From Mobula hypostoma (lineage: Eukaryota): 64,000 nucleotides of DNA. Within the stretch, counting starts at the first letter, position 1. Every line of letters starts with the position of its first letter. Made by a program: the position numbers and the translations under genes. The stretch spans positions 105,340,001 through 105,404,000 of the forward strand of contig NC_086107.1 in NCBI RefSeq assembly GCF_963921235.1. The letters run 5' to 3'. The notes below the pieces were generated by a model. It worked only from the letters and a program-made list of their open reading frames with translations, made no database searches and was not told the origin of the DNA. This document shows, one piece after another, positions 13,031 to 26,058 of this stretch.

Positions 13031-16000
13031 GAAGGTACATTATTCATTGGCTTGAAAACAGATGTCTGCATTGGATGATGATCTAACTCTGCATTTGTCA
13101 TATTCTGACCATAGATAAAGGACTGAAACAGGTTAACCGAGAGATCTTCCTCAACTTGTGCACTTCTTGTCCCTCGTCCTATAGATGCTGTGAATGCACA
13201 GTACATCTCAGTTTGTGACATTTTCTGAAGCATCAAGTTTCTCCAGGTTAAAGTTCGGTGGCCCTCTCACCGCTTCTCTTCTCCTCTCTCACCCTCATGA
13301 CCTGCCTATCACCTCCCTCTTGTTCTCCACCTCCTTCCCTTTATTCCATGCTCCACTTTCCTCCCGCACCAGATTCCTCTTCTCCAGCCCTTTACCTGTT
13401 CCACCTGTCACACCTGAGCTCCTCGCATCATGCACTTTCACCCTTCCCATCCCACCCACCTGCCTTTCATCTCACCTGGACTCACCTATCACCCGCCAGC
13501 TTAGACCATAAAACTATAAGACCATAAGACATAGGAGCAGAATTGGGCCCTTTGGCCCATCATGTTTGCTCTGACATTTAATTAAGGCTGTTTTTTCTTC
13601 CTTCTCCTGCTTTTTCCCTGTAACCTTTGACACCATTACTAATCAAGAACCTATCAACCGCCACTTTAAATATACCTAACGACTTGATCTCCACAGCTGT
13701 CAGAGGCAATGAATTCCACAGATCCACCACCCTGTGGCTGAAGAAATGTCTTCTCATCTCATCTGAGATCTCATCACATCTGCTCTATCCGCACCTTTCA
13801 ACAAGCGCCGGGGGCAGCCTGCGAACGTCGCTCATTCTGCATCCTCGTAGTGTTCAGCAGAAGAACACAAGGCACATCAACAACAACACAACGACAGGAG
13901 CAAAGGAAGTCAACAAAGGCAAAACAAGTTCCGTTCTTCCCTCCCCCCCACTTCCAAATCCAACATAGGCTGCCGTCGGGTCCAGCCTCCAACGGACATG
14001 TAGGACATCTGACTTCTCCAGCGCACTTGCAGATCAAGGATCTCGGCTTGTGGACTCACTGACTTTGGTCTTCGATCTAGCCAGACTCTGCTTGCCGTGC
14101 ATTTATCACGGTCATTGATTCTACTACAAGCCACAGCATTTAGAGGAATTTTGAGTCACGTTTAGAAGGACAGGTACAATTTACTTATAATGGGCCACAG
14201 TTTGCATTCGGGGTGTTTCCAGTGTCTGTGAAGACTTGCTACCACCACCACTGTGCTCACTGTGAGAGCATACGCTGGAGTTAAGTTCTGTAAGCAAAAT
14301 GTTACCATCAGTCACAAATCTCTAGAACTGAACATGGATTGTAGATTAAATTTTAAATGCAGCCCTGGACAATAGTTTCCTGGAGCTGCAGACAGCAGTT
14401 AATTGAAAAACCAGACAATGTTGATTAGTGTTTCACTCACAACAAGCTGGAGGAACTCAGCAGGTCGGGCAGCATCCGTGGAAACGATCAGTTTCAGGCT
14501 GGAACCCTTCGTCAGGATGAAGCGTTGATTAGTGTTTGTTTTGGGTGTCTGGAGAGTGGGTGTGAAGAAGGTGATGTGAAAGTTGTATGTAATTCAAAGG
14601 AAGCATTGTAGATACATTGTAAATCGAGAATTGTCCTTTGATCTTTAGTATATAAAATGTCATGTAACGTTGGGTCAAACTGTCCGCTGCGTCTGAAAGG
14701 GTCTCAATATGATGCCTGCCCTTGTTTTTGTTGAATAAACCACTTGTGTATCTGTAAGCTTCAGACTGTCTCCAGTGAATTTGTTCACATTACAACAGCC
14801 ACAATCAAATCGTAAACCCAAGAATGGCGTGAAAATTGTTCAGGGATTTTCCACACGATACAAAGAATTCCCGAAGTTAGTTAAGTTGTCATTACATACC
14901 AAGAGACTGCAGATTCTGGAATCTGGAGCAACAAAGTATCTGATAAGATGATTTTTATTTCTCATAGATACACCAAGTCCTCCTGAAGGACCACAACCTT
15001 GTCGTTGGGTTTGGAGACTTGCCTGCCTCAGTGACCCAGAGAGCGATATTGTCTTGAGTCAGGGTTTTAAGCTTTGGCTCTTGGTAGGGTCACCCACTCC
15101 AAACAGGTCAAAGGGTAGAAGTTAGACTAAGAGTGGTTCACCGGTCCTCCAGGTTCGGGTGTTCTGCTCAGGGCTAACAACCCTGACTGGTAAAACAAAA
15201 TTGTTATGGAAACAGCGACGAGGAATCCTTCTACACCTGGGCGCAACGGAATTCCTAAGTCTCCATCCGGGACTTGTATGACTGGCAGTGGTGAAAACCG
15301 AGAGGAATCTACTGACATGACGAAGAAAGTCCTGAACACCGCCACAGATGGAGGGCCTTCATCGCTGCCCTAAATGCTCGCGGCGAAACGGGCTGTAAGT
15401 AAATACATGAAATGATTGAAACATACAGTGAAATTAACTGTTTGCATCCACGGCCAACATGGTCTGGGGATGTGCTGGAGGCAGCTCGTACGTTTTGCCA
15501 TGTTACCCGCGACAGCGCGGCATGCCCACAACTTACTTCCCGCCCCATCTTTGGAATGTACGTGGGAGTGAACTGAAGCATCCAGAAGAAAATCACGTGA
15601 TCGTAGAGAGGACGCACGAACTTCTCACCCGCGGTGGCCGTTGAACCCCAGTCACGGACACCGTAAAGCATAATGCGACCCGCCACCTGAGCTCCACTTG
15701 AAGAACTCAACAGGTCGAGCGGCATCTGTGGAGGAGAAAGACTTGCCGACGTTTCTGGTCCCGACGCAGCAATCCGTCGGGGGGGGGGTGGTTCTGTGTG
15801 CTTTCACTGCCGCTGTTGAGGGCGTAATGTAATGGCTACGTTACTGGTCAGGCAACCAAGGTTATGGACCACTGCTGTATAGACATCAGTTCAAATCCCA
15901 GGAAAGTCACATTCAAATAAGGAAATAAAAGAAGCCTGTTAGAGTCACTGATATCCTTCAGGGAAAGGCAGTGAATCTGTGGAATTCTGCTGTGGAGCCT

Positions 16001-17065
16001 GAGTCACTGGGTATATTGAAGGCGGAGGTTGATAGGTTCTTGCTTAGTCAGGGTGTCAAAGGTTATGGGGAGAAGGCAGGAGAATGGGGTTGAGAGGGAT
16101 AGTAAATCAGCCGTGACAAAATAGCGGAGAAGGCTTGATGGGCTGAATGGCCTAATTCTGCTCCTATATCTTTCTTTTCAAATTTTTTTGTTATATTATA
16201 CAAAAGAAATAACACAACTACATTGAAGTAACAACACTTACAATGTCTCAAAAAAGACATTATCTTAAAGATTGAAAAACAAATCTGCGGTAACAAAAAC
16301 AACCTACTAAGCAGAAAAAGTGAAGGAAAAAAAAAGAACCCATTAGGTGTACAACCCTGGAGTCATGCGTCATACAAAAAGCTTCTAAAAATAAACATCA
16401 AACCGCCAGCAAGAAAAGAAAATATACCAGAAAATTCACAATTAGATCGTGGAAAAAATCTATCAATTAGCTCAAATGATAATAATGAGCAAATGAGCCC
16501 CATCTTTTCTCAAAATCAAAAAAAGGTTCCAAGGTTCGACTTCTGATTTTCTCCAAACTAAGACATAGCATCACTTGAGAGAACCATTGTGACAAAGTGG
16601 GAGCTGATGTATCCTTCCACTTCAACAAAATGGCCCTATATCTGATGCATATAAGCTGTTGCTTCTCATTCTGTACCCTGTCTACGCTCTTCATGATCAA
16701 AGCCACGAAGGACTGCTACAGACGGCTGTGGAGGCCAAGTGATTGGGTATATTTAAGGCAGGGGTTAATAGGTTCTTGATTAGTAAAGGTGTCTAAGGTT
16801 GTGGGGAGGCTAATGAGGTTAAAAGGGATAATAAATCAACTGTGATGGAATGGTGCAGCAGACTCGATGGGCCAAATGGTCTAATTCCTCTTCTATGGTC
16901 TTATGATCGTATGGTGTTCAGGGAAGGAAATCAACATGTGAATCCAAGCCTACCACAGTCGCTGACTCCTGGCTGTCTCGTCAATTCCGGGCCAGTTGAC
17001 GATGTACAACAAATGCTGGCGTTGCCAATAGCAATCCACGTCCCGTAACTAAGCAACCAATAAAA

Positions 17066-17922
17066 CGTAAACACAAGAGATCCTGCAGACGCTGGAAATC
17101 CAGAGCAACACGCACACACACACACACACACACAATGCTGGAGGAACTCAGCAGGTCAGGCAGCACCTATGGAAAGAAATGAAGAGTCAACGATTCGGGC
17201 CGAGACCCTTCATCAGGACTGGAAGGGAAAGGGGAAGATGTCCGAATGCGAAGGTGGGGGAAGGGGAAGGAGGACAAGCTAGAAGGTGATAGGTGAGGTC
17301 AGGTGGGTGATGGAGTCAGAAGCTGGGCGGTGATAGGTGGGAAAGGCAAAGGGCTGAAGAGGAAGGAATCTGATAGGAGGGGAGAGTGGACCATGGGAGA
17401 AAGGGAAGGTGGAGGAGAACCAGGGGGAGGTGATAGCCAGGTGAGGAGATGAGGTAAGAGGCCAGAGTGGGGAAAAGAAGAAGAGGGAGATGAAGAAGAA
17501 GAAGAAGGGAGGTGGTGGGGGGCGGGGAAATTACCAGAAGTTGGAGAAATTGATACATTCCCAACAGGTTGGAGGCTACCTGGACGGAATATAAGGTGTT
17601 GCTCCTCCAACTTGAGGGTGGCCTCGTCATGGCACAGGAGGAGGCCATGGACTGGCATGTTGGGACGGGAATGGAGAAAGGAATTGAAATGGTTGGCCAC
17701 TAGGCAACTCCGTTTCTTGTGGATGGAGCTGAAGCGGTCCCCCAGACTATGTCGGGTCTCACCAGTGTAGAGGAGGCTGCATCAGGAACATTGGATCCAG
17801 CAGATGACCCTAACAGGTGAAGTGTTGCCTCACCTGCATGGACTGTTTGGGGCCCTGAATGTCGGTGAAGGAGTAGATGAAGGGGCAGGTGTAGCACTTT
17901 GGCCTCTTGCAGGGATAAGTGC
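17066..17922 (-). mobile_element. Penelope-like element 3' part
   Basis: GTYPCKR.KCYTC..IQGPKQSMQVRQHFTC and LYTGETR GIY-YIG remnants; hammerhead-like motif at 17185-17220. Confidence 0.75.
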
Positions 17923-17924
17923 CT

Positions 17925-18423
17925 GTCTTTCCGATGTAGCCAGCCATTTCTGCTCTTTTAGAAGAATAAATATTATTATCACTGTTTCTGAAACTGTCAA
18001 TATAATTCATTTTCTCCCTTTTTTTAAACTCGACCCACTCTCTCTCTCTACCCCTTCTGAAGAGACACGTGCTGCAATTTTTGAAAACTTGAATGCCTCT
18101 CTACCTCCTCCGAAGAAAAAAACGTGCTGTATTTCAACAGGTAGGTAGTCATTTTGGATTCGTCTTAACTCATCACCACTGCTGTGTTTTTTAATTCCAA
18201 AAATTAATCAAAAGAACAACATGGGAGTCAGGGAATGACGTATGTACATTGTTTTAGTCTAGTAAGGCGCTCACATATCCGCAGTGGCATAATGACGTAT
18301 ACCATTCATGTACTTTTACATATAACCCGTACTGAATTACTGTATGTGAAGAACAAAGAATGCTTGATCAAACAATAGATTTACAGTATTATTGAAATGT
18401 TACTGAAATATTAAATGTACAAG
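17925..18423 (-). mobile_element. 5' fragment of Gypsy-type LTR retrotransposon (LTR, PBS, gag start)
   Basis: LTR-like segment at about 18180-18423, PBS-like TGGTGATGAG at about 18178-18169, then ATG at 17947 giving MAGYIGK, truncated by the adjacent Penelope element. Confidence 0.55.
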
Positions 18424-18986
18424 TAAGGCCTTTGATTTGAATATGAAGGAATAGTAAGTTCTCAGATGACAGAAAGATTGGTGATCAGCAGTATAGTCAG
18501 GCTACAGAATGAGGAGCAACATCTCATATTCATTAGACATAGGAGCAGAATTAGGCCATTCAGCCCATCGAGACTCTTCCATCATTTCAGCATGGCTGAC
18601 TTATAATCCCTCTCAACCCCATTTTCCTGCCTTCTGATAGTAACTTTTGACACCCTTACTAATTAAGAACCTATCCATCTCCGCTTTAAATATACCCGGG
18701 AGTATCTGTTTCCCAGGGTAGTAATGTCTAATACCAGAAGGCTTGCATTGAAGTTGAGAGGGGCGTAGGCTAAGTTTTTCACTCAGAGAGTGGTGGATGC
18801 CTTGTATGGTAGTAGAGGCAAATACATTACAGGCTTTTAACAGACGTTTGGATAGGCACATAGATGTGAGGAAGATGGAGGGATATGGACACGGTAGAAG
18901 GGCGTTGTTGCGTGAATGAAATCACTGGAGAAAAGTACTGGTGGTGTTACCTGCTCAAGGAGATCTGTTTTTTTTTGTGAGAATGA

Positions 18987-19823
18987 TGTAATGGTCTTTT
19001 GGCGGTCACCTGATGTAATTTTCCCGCCGATGTGAGGTCACGTGATGACATGTGCACCACGGGTATATAAGGGTAGACCCCAGATGACGCAGTTAGTTGT
19101 TAGTCTGTGGATTTCCAGGTAGAACGTGCTGTGTCTCCATTTCTGTTGCGTGTTTGTTTTCGTGCGGTTTCATTTTTGAAACGGTTGTGTGTTCTGTTGC
19201 AAGATACAATGTTATTGGACTGGAAATTTTTGCTAGATGTGCTGATTGACTCAATTTCAGCAGTAGAGGGGAGAGTGAAGACTTCGTCGAAGTACAGGAC
19301 CGAAGGATTGAGAGGAGTTGACATCATTTGGCAGTTTGACAAAGGATCGACCTTATTGAGTCTTCGTTGGAGGAGTAGCAACCTGCATCGAGATAACTCT
19401 TGCCAGAAGAGCAAAGAGTTCATGCAAAGGTTTGCTCTCTCTCTAAAAGAATTTAAGGTCAGTTGTTTTGAACTGTTTATTTACTGCATCATGAATCCTG
19501 TGGACAGAACCAGCAGGAAAGTCGCGTCTATGAAGAAATCCTTCTCCAGAGAAGTCTCTCCCAATCGAACGTATAAATCTGTTGGACTTTTGAATTTACC
19601 ATTTTAAGACCTATATCTGACTTTATTGCTTTAAGAAATGTTTTCGCATTTAGTGCTTTAAGAACCAGTGCCTAGTGACCAGTTGTTGAACGGCTGCTTA
19701 GCAGTTAACTTGGTTAAAGTTTTCGTTTGTTTTTTTCCTTATCGTTTATCCGTGTTTAATAAATGTTTGTTTTTTTTATATAACCTGTCTCGATTGATAT
19801 TCATTGTTGCCAGTTACGTAACA
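18987..19823 (+). mobile_element. Solo LTR (~840 bp)
   Basis: TGTAATG...CGTAACA termini, TATATAAG at about 19064 and AATAAA at about 19758; no clear TSD. Confidence 0.7.
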
Positions 19824-20297
19824 GTAGATACAAATTAGCTTCTTTATTTGACACGAAAAAGATACAGCAGGCATCATATGGGGATGCCGTCAGTCAAAAG
19901 ATCTGGCTGGCTTGATATTTTATGTGCTAAGCATCAAAGGACAATTCTATATTTATAATGTAGCTACAATGCTTTCTTTGAAACTACACACGAACTTTTG
20001 CACCTGATTCACACCCACCCCATAGACACCCAAATGAATATTAATCAACGTTGTCTGGTCTAGAATCCACGGCTTTTAGGAACCCATTGTTTAGAAATGC
20101 ACTCCAAATTAAATCTACAGACCTGCAGACTGGTGGCCAGACTCATTTGCTGAGTGTTAGTGTGCCAAACCCAAAAAAAGTTGCTCTAACCAGGGATCAA
20201 TGTTTGGGTGTTTTTGATTTGCATTTTAGCTGGTTCAGCATAACTTTGTGGGCCAGACGGCCTGTTCCTTTGCTGTACTCCTCCACGTTCCATGTTA

Positions 20298-20972
20298 AAG
20301 GGAGGAGAAGATGGCGGCGCAACGCAGCTCGCAGCGGCCACTCCGGTGGTGATGTCTGTTATTTGTCAAGTAGGGTGCCGTGCACAATCCTGATTTGATG
20401 GAGACGGACGTGACAGCACGGAGGAACATCTGGTGAAACTTCTGAAATGCCTGCCTCGCTGCTGCGTGATCCAGAATCTCCAGAGGGGAAGGCCCCGAGT
20501 CCTCGGCTCTGCTTGTTGTTCAGCGGCCTGGGCGGGGTCGAAGCGCTCGGCAGAGATGGTGCTCGGTGTCGGAGGGGCTGGTTGGAGGCTCGAAGTTTTC
20601 AGACGGACTCAGAGTCCGCTGCGGTCGGGTGCTTCCAATGGTGCTGCATCGGCAAGTTGGCGGCACTTGGAGGTTCATGGCGGGTAGAGTTCCTCCCTTC
20701 TACCGTCTGCGGGAGATGATGAGTCTATCGGGACTTTGAGACTTTTTTTTACCGTGCCCATGGTCTGCTCTTTATCAAATTATGGTATTGCTTTGCACTG
20801 TTGTAACTATATGCTATAATTATGTGGTTTTGTCAGTTTTAGTCTTGGTTTGTCCTGTGTTTTCTTGTGATATCATTCTGGAGGAACATTGTATCATTTT
20901 TTTAATGCATGCATTTCTAAATGACAATAAACGAGGACTGAGTGTCCTCATAATCTAATCTAATCTAATCTA
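20298..20972 (+). mobile_element. ~670-bp non-autonomous retroelement, copy 1
   Basis: Starts GGAGGAGAAGATGGCGGC and ends ctcat(AATCT)n; highly similar to 23800-24485 and 60998-61663. Confidence 0.85.
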
Positions 20973-23149
20973 AAACGCTCCAAACGTATCTGCCTCATTG
21001 TGAGTTTTTGAGGCATGCTGATGATATGAGGTAGGTGGAAGGGTGGGTTGTGATGAGGACATTGTGATTCTGAGACGTGAGACAGGCAGATTGAGAGATC
21101 GAATGAAAAACTGGCAGCTGGAGATTAAAGTGGGGAAGTGTGAGGTCATGCACTTCAGTAAGGAAAATGAAAGGGAGATTAGTATCTGAATGGAGTGAAT
21201 TCAAAACGATCTAAGTGTTCTTGTGTATGATCCGTAATAAATTAGCCGGCAGGTCCAACAAGAGCTTTAAGACGACAATTAGCATTTTGTACTTTATCAC
21301 AAAGAGGTTGGAATTTTAAAATAGGAGGGTTTTGTTACAGCCGTGCGGAGTGTTGGCGAGGCCACACGTGGAATACTCAGCTCGGGATTGATCCAAATCC
21401 TTACCTCAAAAAATGACACAGAGGGTCACACGCAGAAAATGCTGGAGGAGCTGAGCTGGTCGAGGAGCATCTATAGAAAGGTATCAGCAGCTGACGTTTC
21501 AGCCCGAGACTCTTCATCGGACTGACCTACTGAGTTATTCCCCTGTCTTGTGTGTGTCACTCCTGCACCCACTCACCTGGACTCACTTATCACCAGTCAG
21601 TTTGTATTCCTCCTCCTCCCCTACCTTATTATTCTGGCGTCTGCCCCCTCCTTCTCCAGCCCCGAAGAAGGATCTCGTCCTGAAACGTCGCTCTGTGCCT
21701 TTCCACGGATGATGCCTGGCCTGCAAGATTTCCTCCAGCATCTTGTGTGTGTGTGTGTTGCCCTGGAGTTTCAACACCTCGTGTCTAGACCTAGTAGTAC
21801 CGGGGTGCATGGGGTGTCCAGGGGAGGGTGGCTCCTCTGATGAGGGGGTTTGTCGTGTCCATTCCGGGCAGCTCACTCACCTCTGGTCCCCACCGGACAC
21901 CTGTGGCTCCAAGTAATTGTTCGCTTCTTCCAGGCCACGAGACTACTGAACTCCCTGCCACCATCCAGATCTCTTGTTAATTTATTACCTTATGAGTTGT
22001 GTGTGAGTTATACGTACTGTCCTGTGCACCTTGGTCCGGTAGAGCATTGTTTCATTTGGTGGTATACGTGTACAGTTGAACTTGAGCTCGAACTTGATGA
22101 TGCCGAGCGGCCTGCTCCTATTTTCTTCTGCTCTGCTAGCTCTTGGTTAGTCTGCACTTTGGAAGGGCTGAATTGATTCTGGGCCTTTCTGACTGTTGGT
22201 GATTCCAGGCATCTGAAACCCAAGTCTGACTCTCTTGTGAATTCTAGTCTTGCTGAAGGCTAAAAGCACAGGGAGTCAGTGGGAAATGAAAGGGTTCAGC
22301 TGAATAAACGTAGAATATAGAAATTTACAGCACATTACAGGCCCTTCGGCCCACAATGTTGTGCTGACCATGTAACCTACTCTAGAAGCTGCCTAGAATT
22401 TCCCTACCGCATAGCCCTCTGTTTTTCCAAGCTCCATGAACCTATCTAAGAGTCTCTTAAAAGACCCTGTTGTATCAGTAATATATTCTGAATACAGAAT
22501 ATCCTGTACATAAGTCCTGCCTGCAAATCTTTCTCTCAAAGCTTACACTTCAGATGTCCCTTAGAGTGATCCTTGTTTCCTCAAGACAAAGGGAAGGGCG
22601 TTGTTAACGTAGATTCAACTAGTCACACTGTTGCAGTGCTGGGGAATTCCAGGGTTTAAGAGAAGTTTGGATAAGCACATGGATGAGATGAGTATGGAGG
22701 GCTAAGGTCTTGGTTCCGGTCAATGGGACCAGGCAGAGTTACGCTTTAGCACAGACTAGATGGGCTGAAGGGCCTGTTTCTGTTCTGTAGTGCTCTGTGA
22801 CTCTATGACTATGATTCTAGATCCAGCCACAGTGAAGGAACACTGACATATTTCCATAGAACACGAGTGTGCCCTATGTAAGGAACCCACTGATGATGTG
22901 ACAGTTCTGTGCACAGAAATTTGAACTTGATGGGCTTTGGAGGGACTGACATGTACCCTTAATGTCATGGAATGAACATATCCATGTAGCGTGGGCCATT
23001 TGGAACAGAGAGACCTATAGACCATAAGACCATAAGATTTAGGCGCAGAAGTAGGCCATTTGGCCCATCTAGTCTGTCCGCCATTTCATCATGGCTGATC
23101 CATTTTTTCTCTGTAAGACCATAAGATATAGGAGAAGAATGGTAGAGTC

Positions 23150-23797
23150 ATAGAACACTACAGCACATAAACAGGCCCTTTGGCCCATCTAGCCCGTGCC
23201 AACCTATTTAAACTGCCTATTCCCATTGACCTGCACGTGGACCAGAGACATCCCCACCCCTCCCATCCACGCACTTATCCAAACTTCTCTTAAATGCTGT
23301 GATCAAACCTGCTTTCAATACTTCCTCTGGCAGCTCGTTCCACACTCTGAGTGAAGAAGCTCCCCCTCATGCTCCCCTTAAACATTTCACCTTTCACCCT
23401 TAACCCATGAGCTCTGGCTCCAGTCTTACCCAACCTCAATGGAAAAAGCCTGCTTGCATTTACCCTCATAAGTTTGTATACCTCCATCAAATCTCCACTC
23501 ATTCTCCTTTGCTCCAGTGAATAAAGTCCTAACCTATTCAACCTTTCCCTATACCTCAGGTCCTTAAGCCCCAGCAACATCCTTGTCAATTTTCTCTGTA
23601 CTCTTTCAATCTTATTGATACCTTTCCTGTGGATAGGTGACTGAAACTGCTCAAAAATACTCCAAGTTAGGCCTCACCTACATCTTATACAACTTCAATG
23701 TAACACCTCATCTCCTGTACTTAATGCTTTAATTTATGATGGTCAATGTGTCAAAAGCTTTCTTTATGACCCTATGTGACGCCACTCTCAAGGAATT
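23150..23797 (-). mobile_element. CR1-type LINE 3' fragment, interrupted at its 5' side by the 670-bp element
   Basis: TRMLLGLKDLRYRERLNRLGLYSLEQRRMSGDLMEVYK. Confidence 0.85.
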
Positions 23798-23799
23798 AG

Positions 23800-24485
23800 A
23801 TTAGATTAGATTATGAGGACACGGAGTCCTCTTTTATTGTCATTTAGTAATGCATGCATTAAGAAATGATACAATGTTCCTCCAGAATGATATCACAGAA
23901 ACACAAGACAAACCAAGACTAGAAAAACTGACAAAAACCACATAATTATAACATATAGTTACAACAGTGCAAAGCAATACCGTAATTTGATAAAGGACAC
24001 ACCATGGGCACGGTAAAAAAAAAGTCTCAAAGTCTCTCGAAAGTCCCAACATCTCACGCAGACGGTAGAAGGAAGAAAAACTCTCCCTGCCATGAGCTTC
24101 CAGCGCCGCAAACTTGCCGATGCAGCACCCTCGAAGCACCCGACCACAGCCGACTCTTGAGTCCGCCCGAAAACTTCGAGCCTCCGACCAGCCCTCCGAC
24201 ACCAAGCACCGAGCACCATCTCTGCCGAGCGCTTCAACCCCGGCCCCAGCAACAGGCAATAGGCAAAGTCGAGGATTTGGGGCCTTCCCCCCCCGGAGAT
24301 TCTCGATCGCACAGTCGCAGCGGCAGCGAAGCAGGCATTTCAGAAATTTCTCCTGGTGTTCCTCCGTGCTTCTCGCATCTGTCTCCATCAAGTCAGGATT
24401 GTGCACGGTACCTACTTACAAATACGATATCATTTCGGAGTGGCCACGCGCACTGCGTCGCGCCGTCATCTTCTCCTCCCCTTTG
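23800..24485 (-). mobile_element. ~670-bp non-autonomous retroelement, copy 2
   Basis: Reverse copy; apparent ATTA duplication on both flanks within the host CR1. Confidence 0.85.
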
Positions 24486-26058
24486 ATTATGGATCTGTAG
24501 TGCAGCAAATCCATCCCATCTTTGCGGGTTGGGGGGAGTGACATCGCTGCCCTTTGGCAATGGGATGGAGGTCATGGGTTTGGGAGGTGCTATTGAAGGA
24601 GTCTTGGTGATCGCATCTTCTCCATGGCCTGCACAGTTCAGGGTGCGAAGGCTCAAGGCCATTGATCAGAGGACCTGCTCTGCTCTGCTCTGCATGCTGC
24701 TAAGCTTCTATCGTGTTGTTGTAGCTGAGCACGACAGAGTTGGAAGCGGAGTGTATTCTGTTACACTCTGGAAATAAGCCTCAAACAGCTTGAGGAGTCA
24801 GGTTCTGCAGGAATCGCAGCCCTTAAACCGGTGCTTGCAAATTGGTAAATTATTGTCACCACTGAGACAGGGGACAGGGGTGGAGTTAAGTCTTTACCAA
24901 AGGAGGTGTAAGGTGCTCCTTCCCTCTGCGAGCCTGCAAGTCACCTTGGACAGGGTGCAGCCCTCTGGTACAGGGTCAGGAGAAGCCATGGGAACAGCTG
25001 GTGGATGGTCGTACGAGCAGCCGGTGCATATCACAATTCCTGGTTATGCGACCGCTGAGGCCAGGCAGCGAGTCTCCAAAGAGTATTGATAATGGCTTGC
25101 ACAGACACTACCCAGAAGAAGGCGATGGCAAACTACTCCTGCAGAAAAATTTGCCAAGAACAGTCATGATCATGAGAGCATGACCACCCACGTCATACGA
25201 CACGGCACATAATAATGATGGTGTACTGATACACAGTGAAAAACTTTGTTTTGCATGCCATCCATACAGATCATTTCAGAGCATTGAGAAAGTACAAGGA
25301 AATCATTAAAAAATACAGAATAAAGTGTACAATTACAAAGAGAGTGCAGTACAGACAGACAATAAAGTGTAACATATAAGAACTATGACACACAGTAATG
25401 AGGTAGACTGTGAGGTCAAGACTCCATCTTATCACACTGGAAGACCATTCAACAGTAGTGTTATGTTTTTATTTATTTCGGCAAATAAAGAGGCCTTTCA
25501 GCCCATCACAATCTCACTGGCTCTCTATGGAGCAAGCCAATTCATTATATTCCTTTACCTTTTCTTTAGGGTGACACGGTAGTGGGGTGGTTAGCACAAC
25601 GCTTTCCAGTAATTTTTTTTTGCTACTTAGCTACACAGAAGGGAAATTCACTGTTGCCAGGCAACACGTTACTAGGAAGTGGATGGAAACTGGAGTGAAA
25701 CTAGTGAACTCCACATACACAGTGCCTGAGGTGGGGATCGAACCCATTCCATGGGGCCGGAAGACAGCAGCACTACCTGCTGACCCACTGTCCCATCTTT
25801 CTTCGCTTTTGCCGCACAAGTTCCTCTCCCTGGAAGCGATTTTCCCGTTTCAATGAGGCGGACTGAATGCAGCAAGGGTGAAGAGCTGTCAGGTAAGGGA
25901 GGAGTGAGGGTGATAATGGGGACCAAAATAAAAAACAAATTGCCAGATGGACTCCGTGGGTCAGGTGGCATCTGTGGAGGCAAAGGGGATAGTTTGGATT
26001 GGGACATTCCATCTGGGCTGAAAGAGTAGAGGGGAGATAGCCAGAATAAAGTGAAAAG

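Noticed and set aside
12400..13078. Repetitive LSLPGVQF / Cys-rich ORFs
   Set aside because: They come from the 27-bp minisatellite and have frameshifting unit variants.
19107..19607. 166-aa ORF as a host or viral gene
   Set aside because: It lies wholly within a solo LTR, has a non-ATG start and shows no recognisable motifs.
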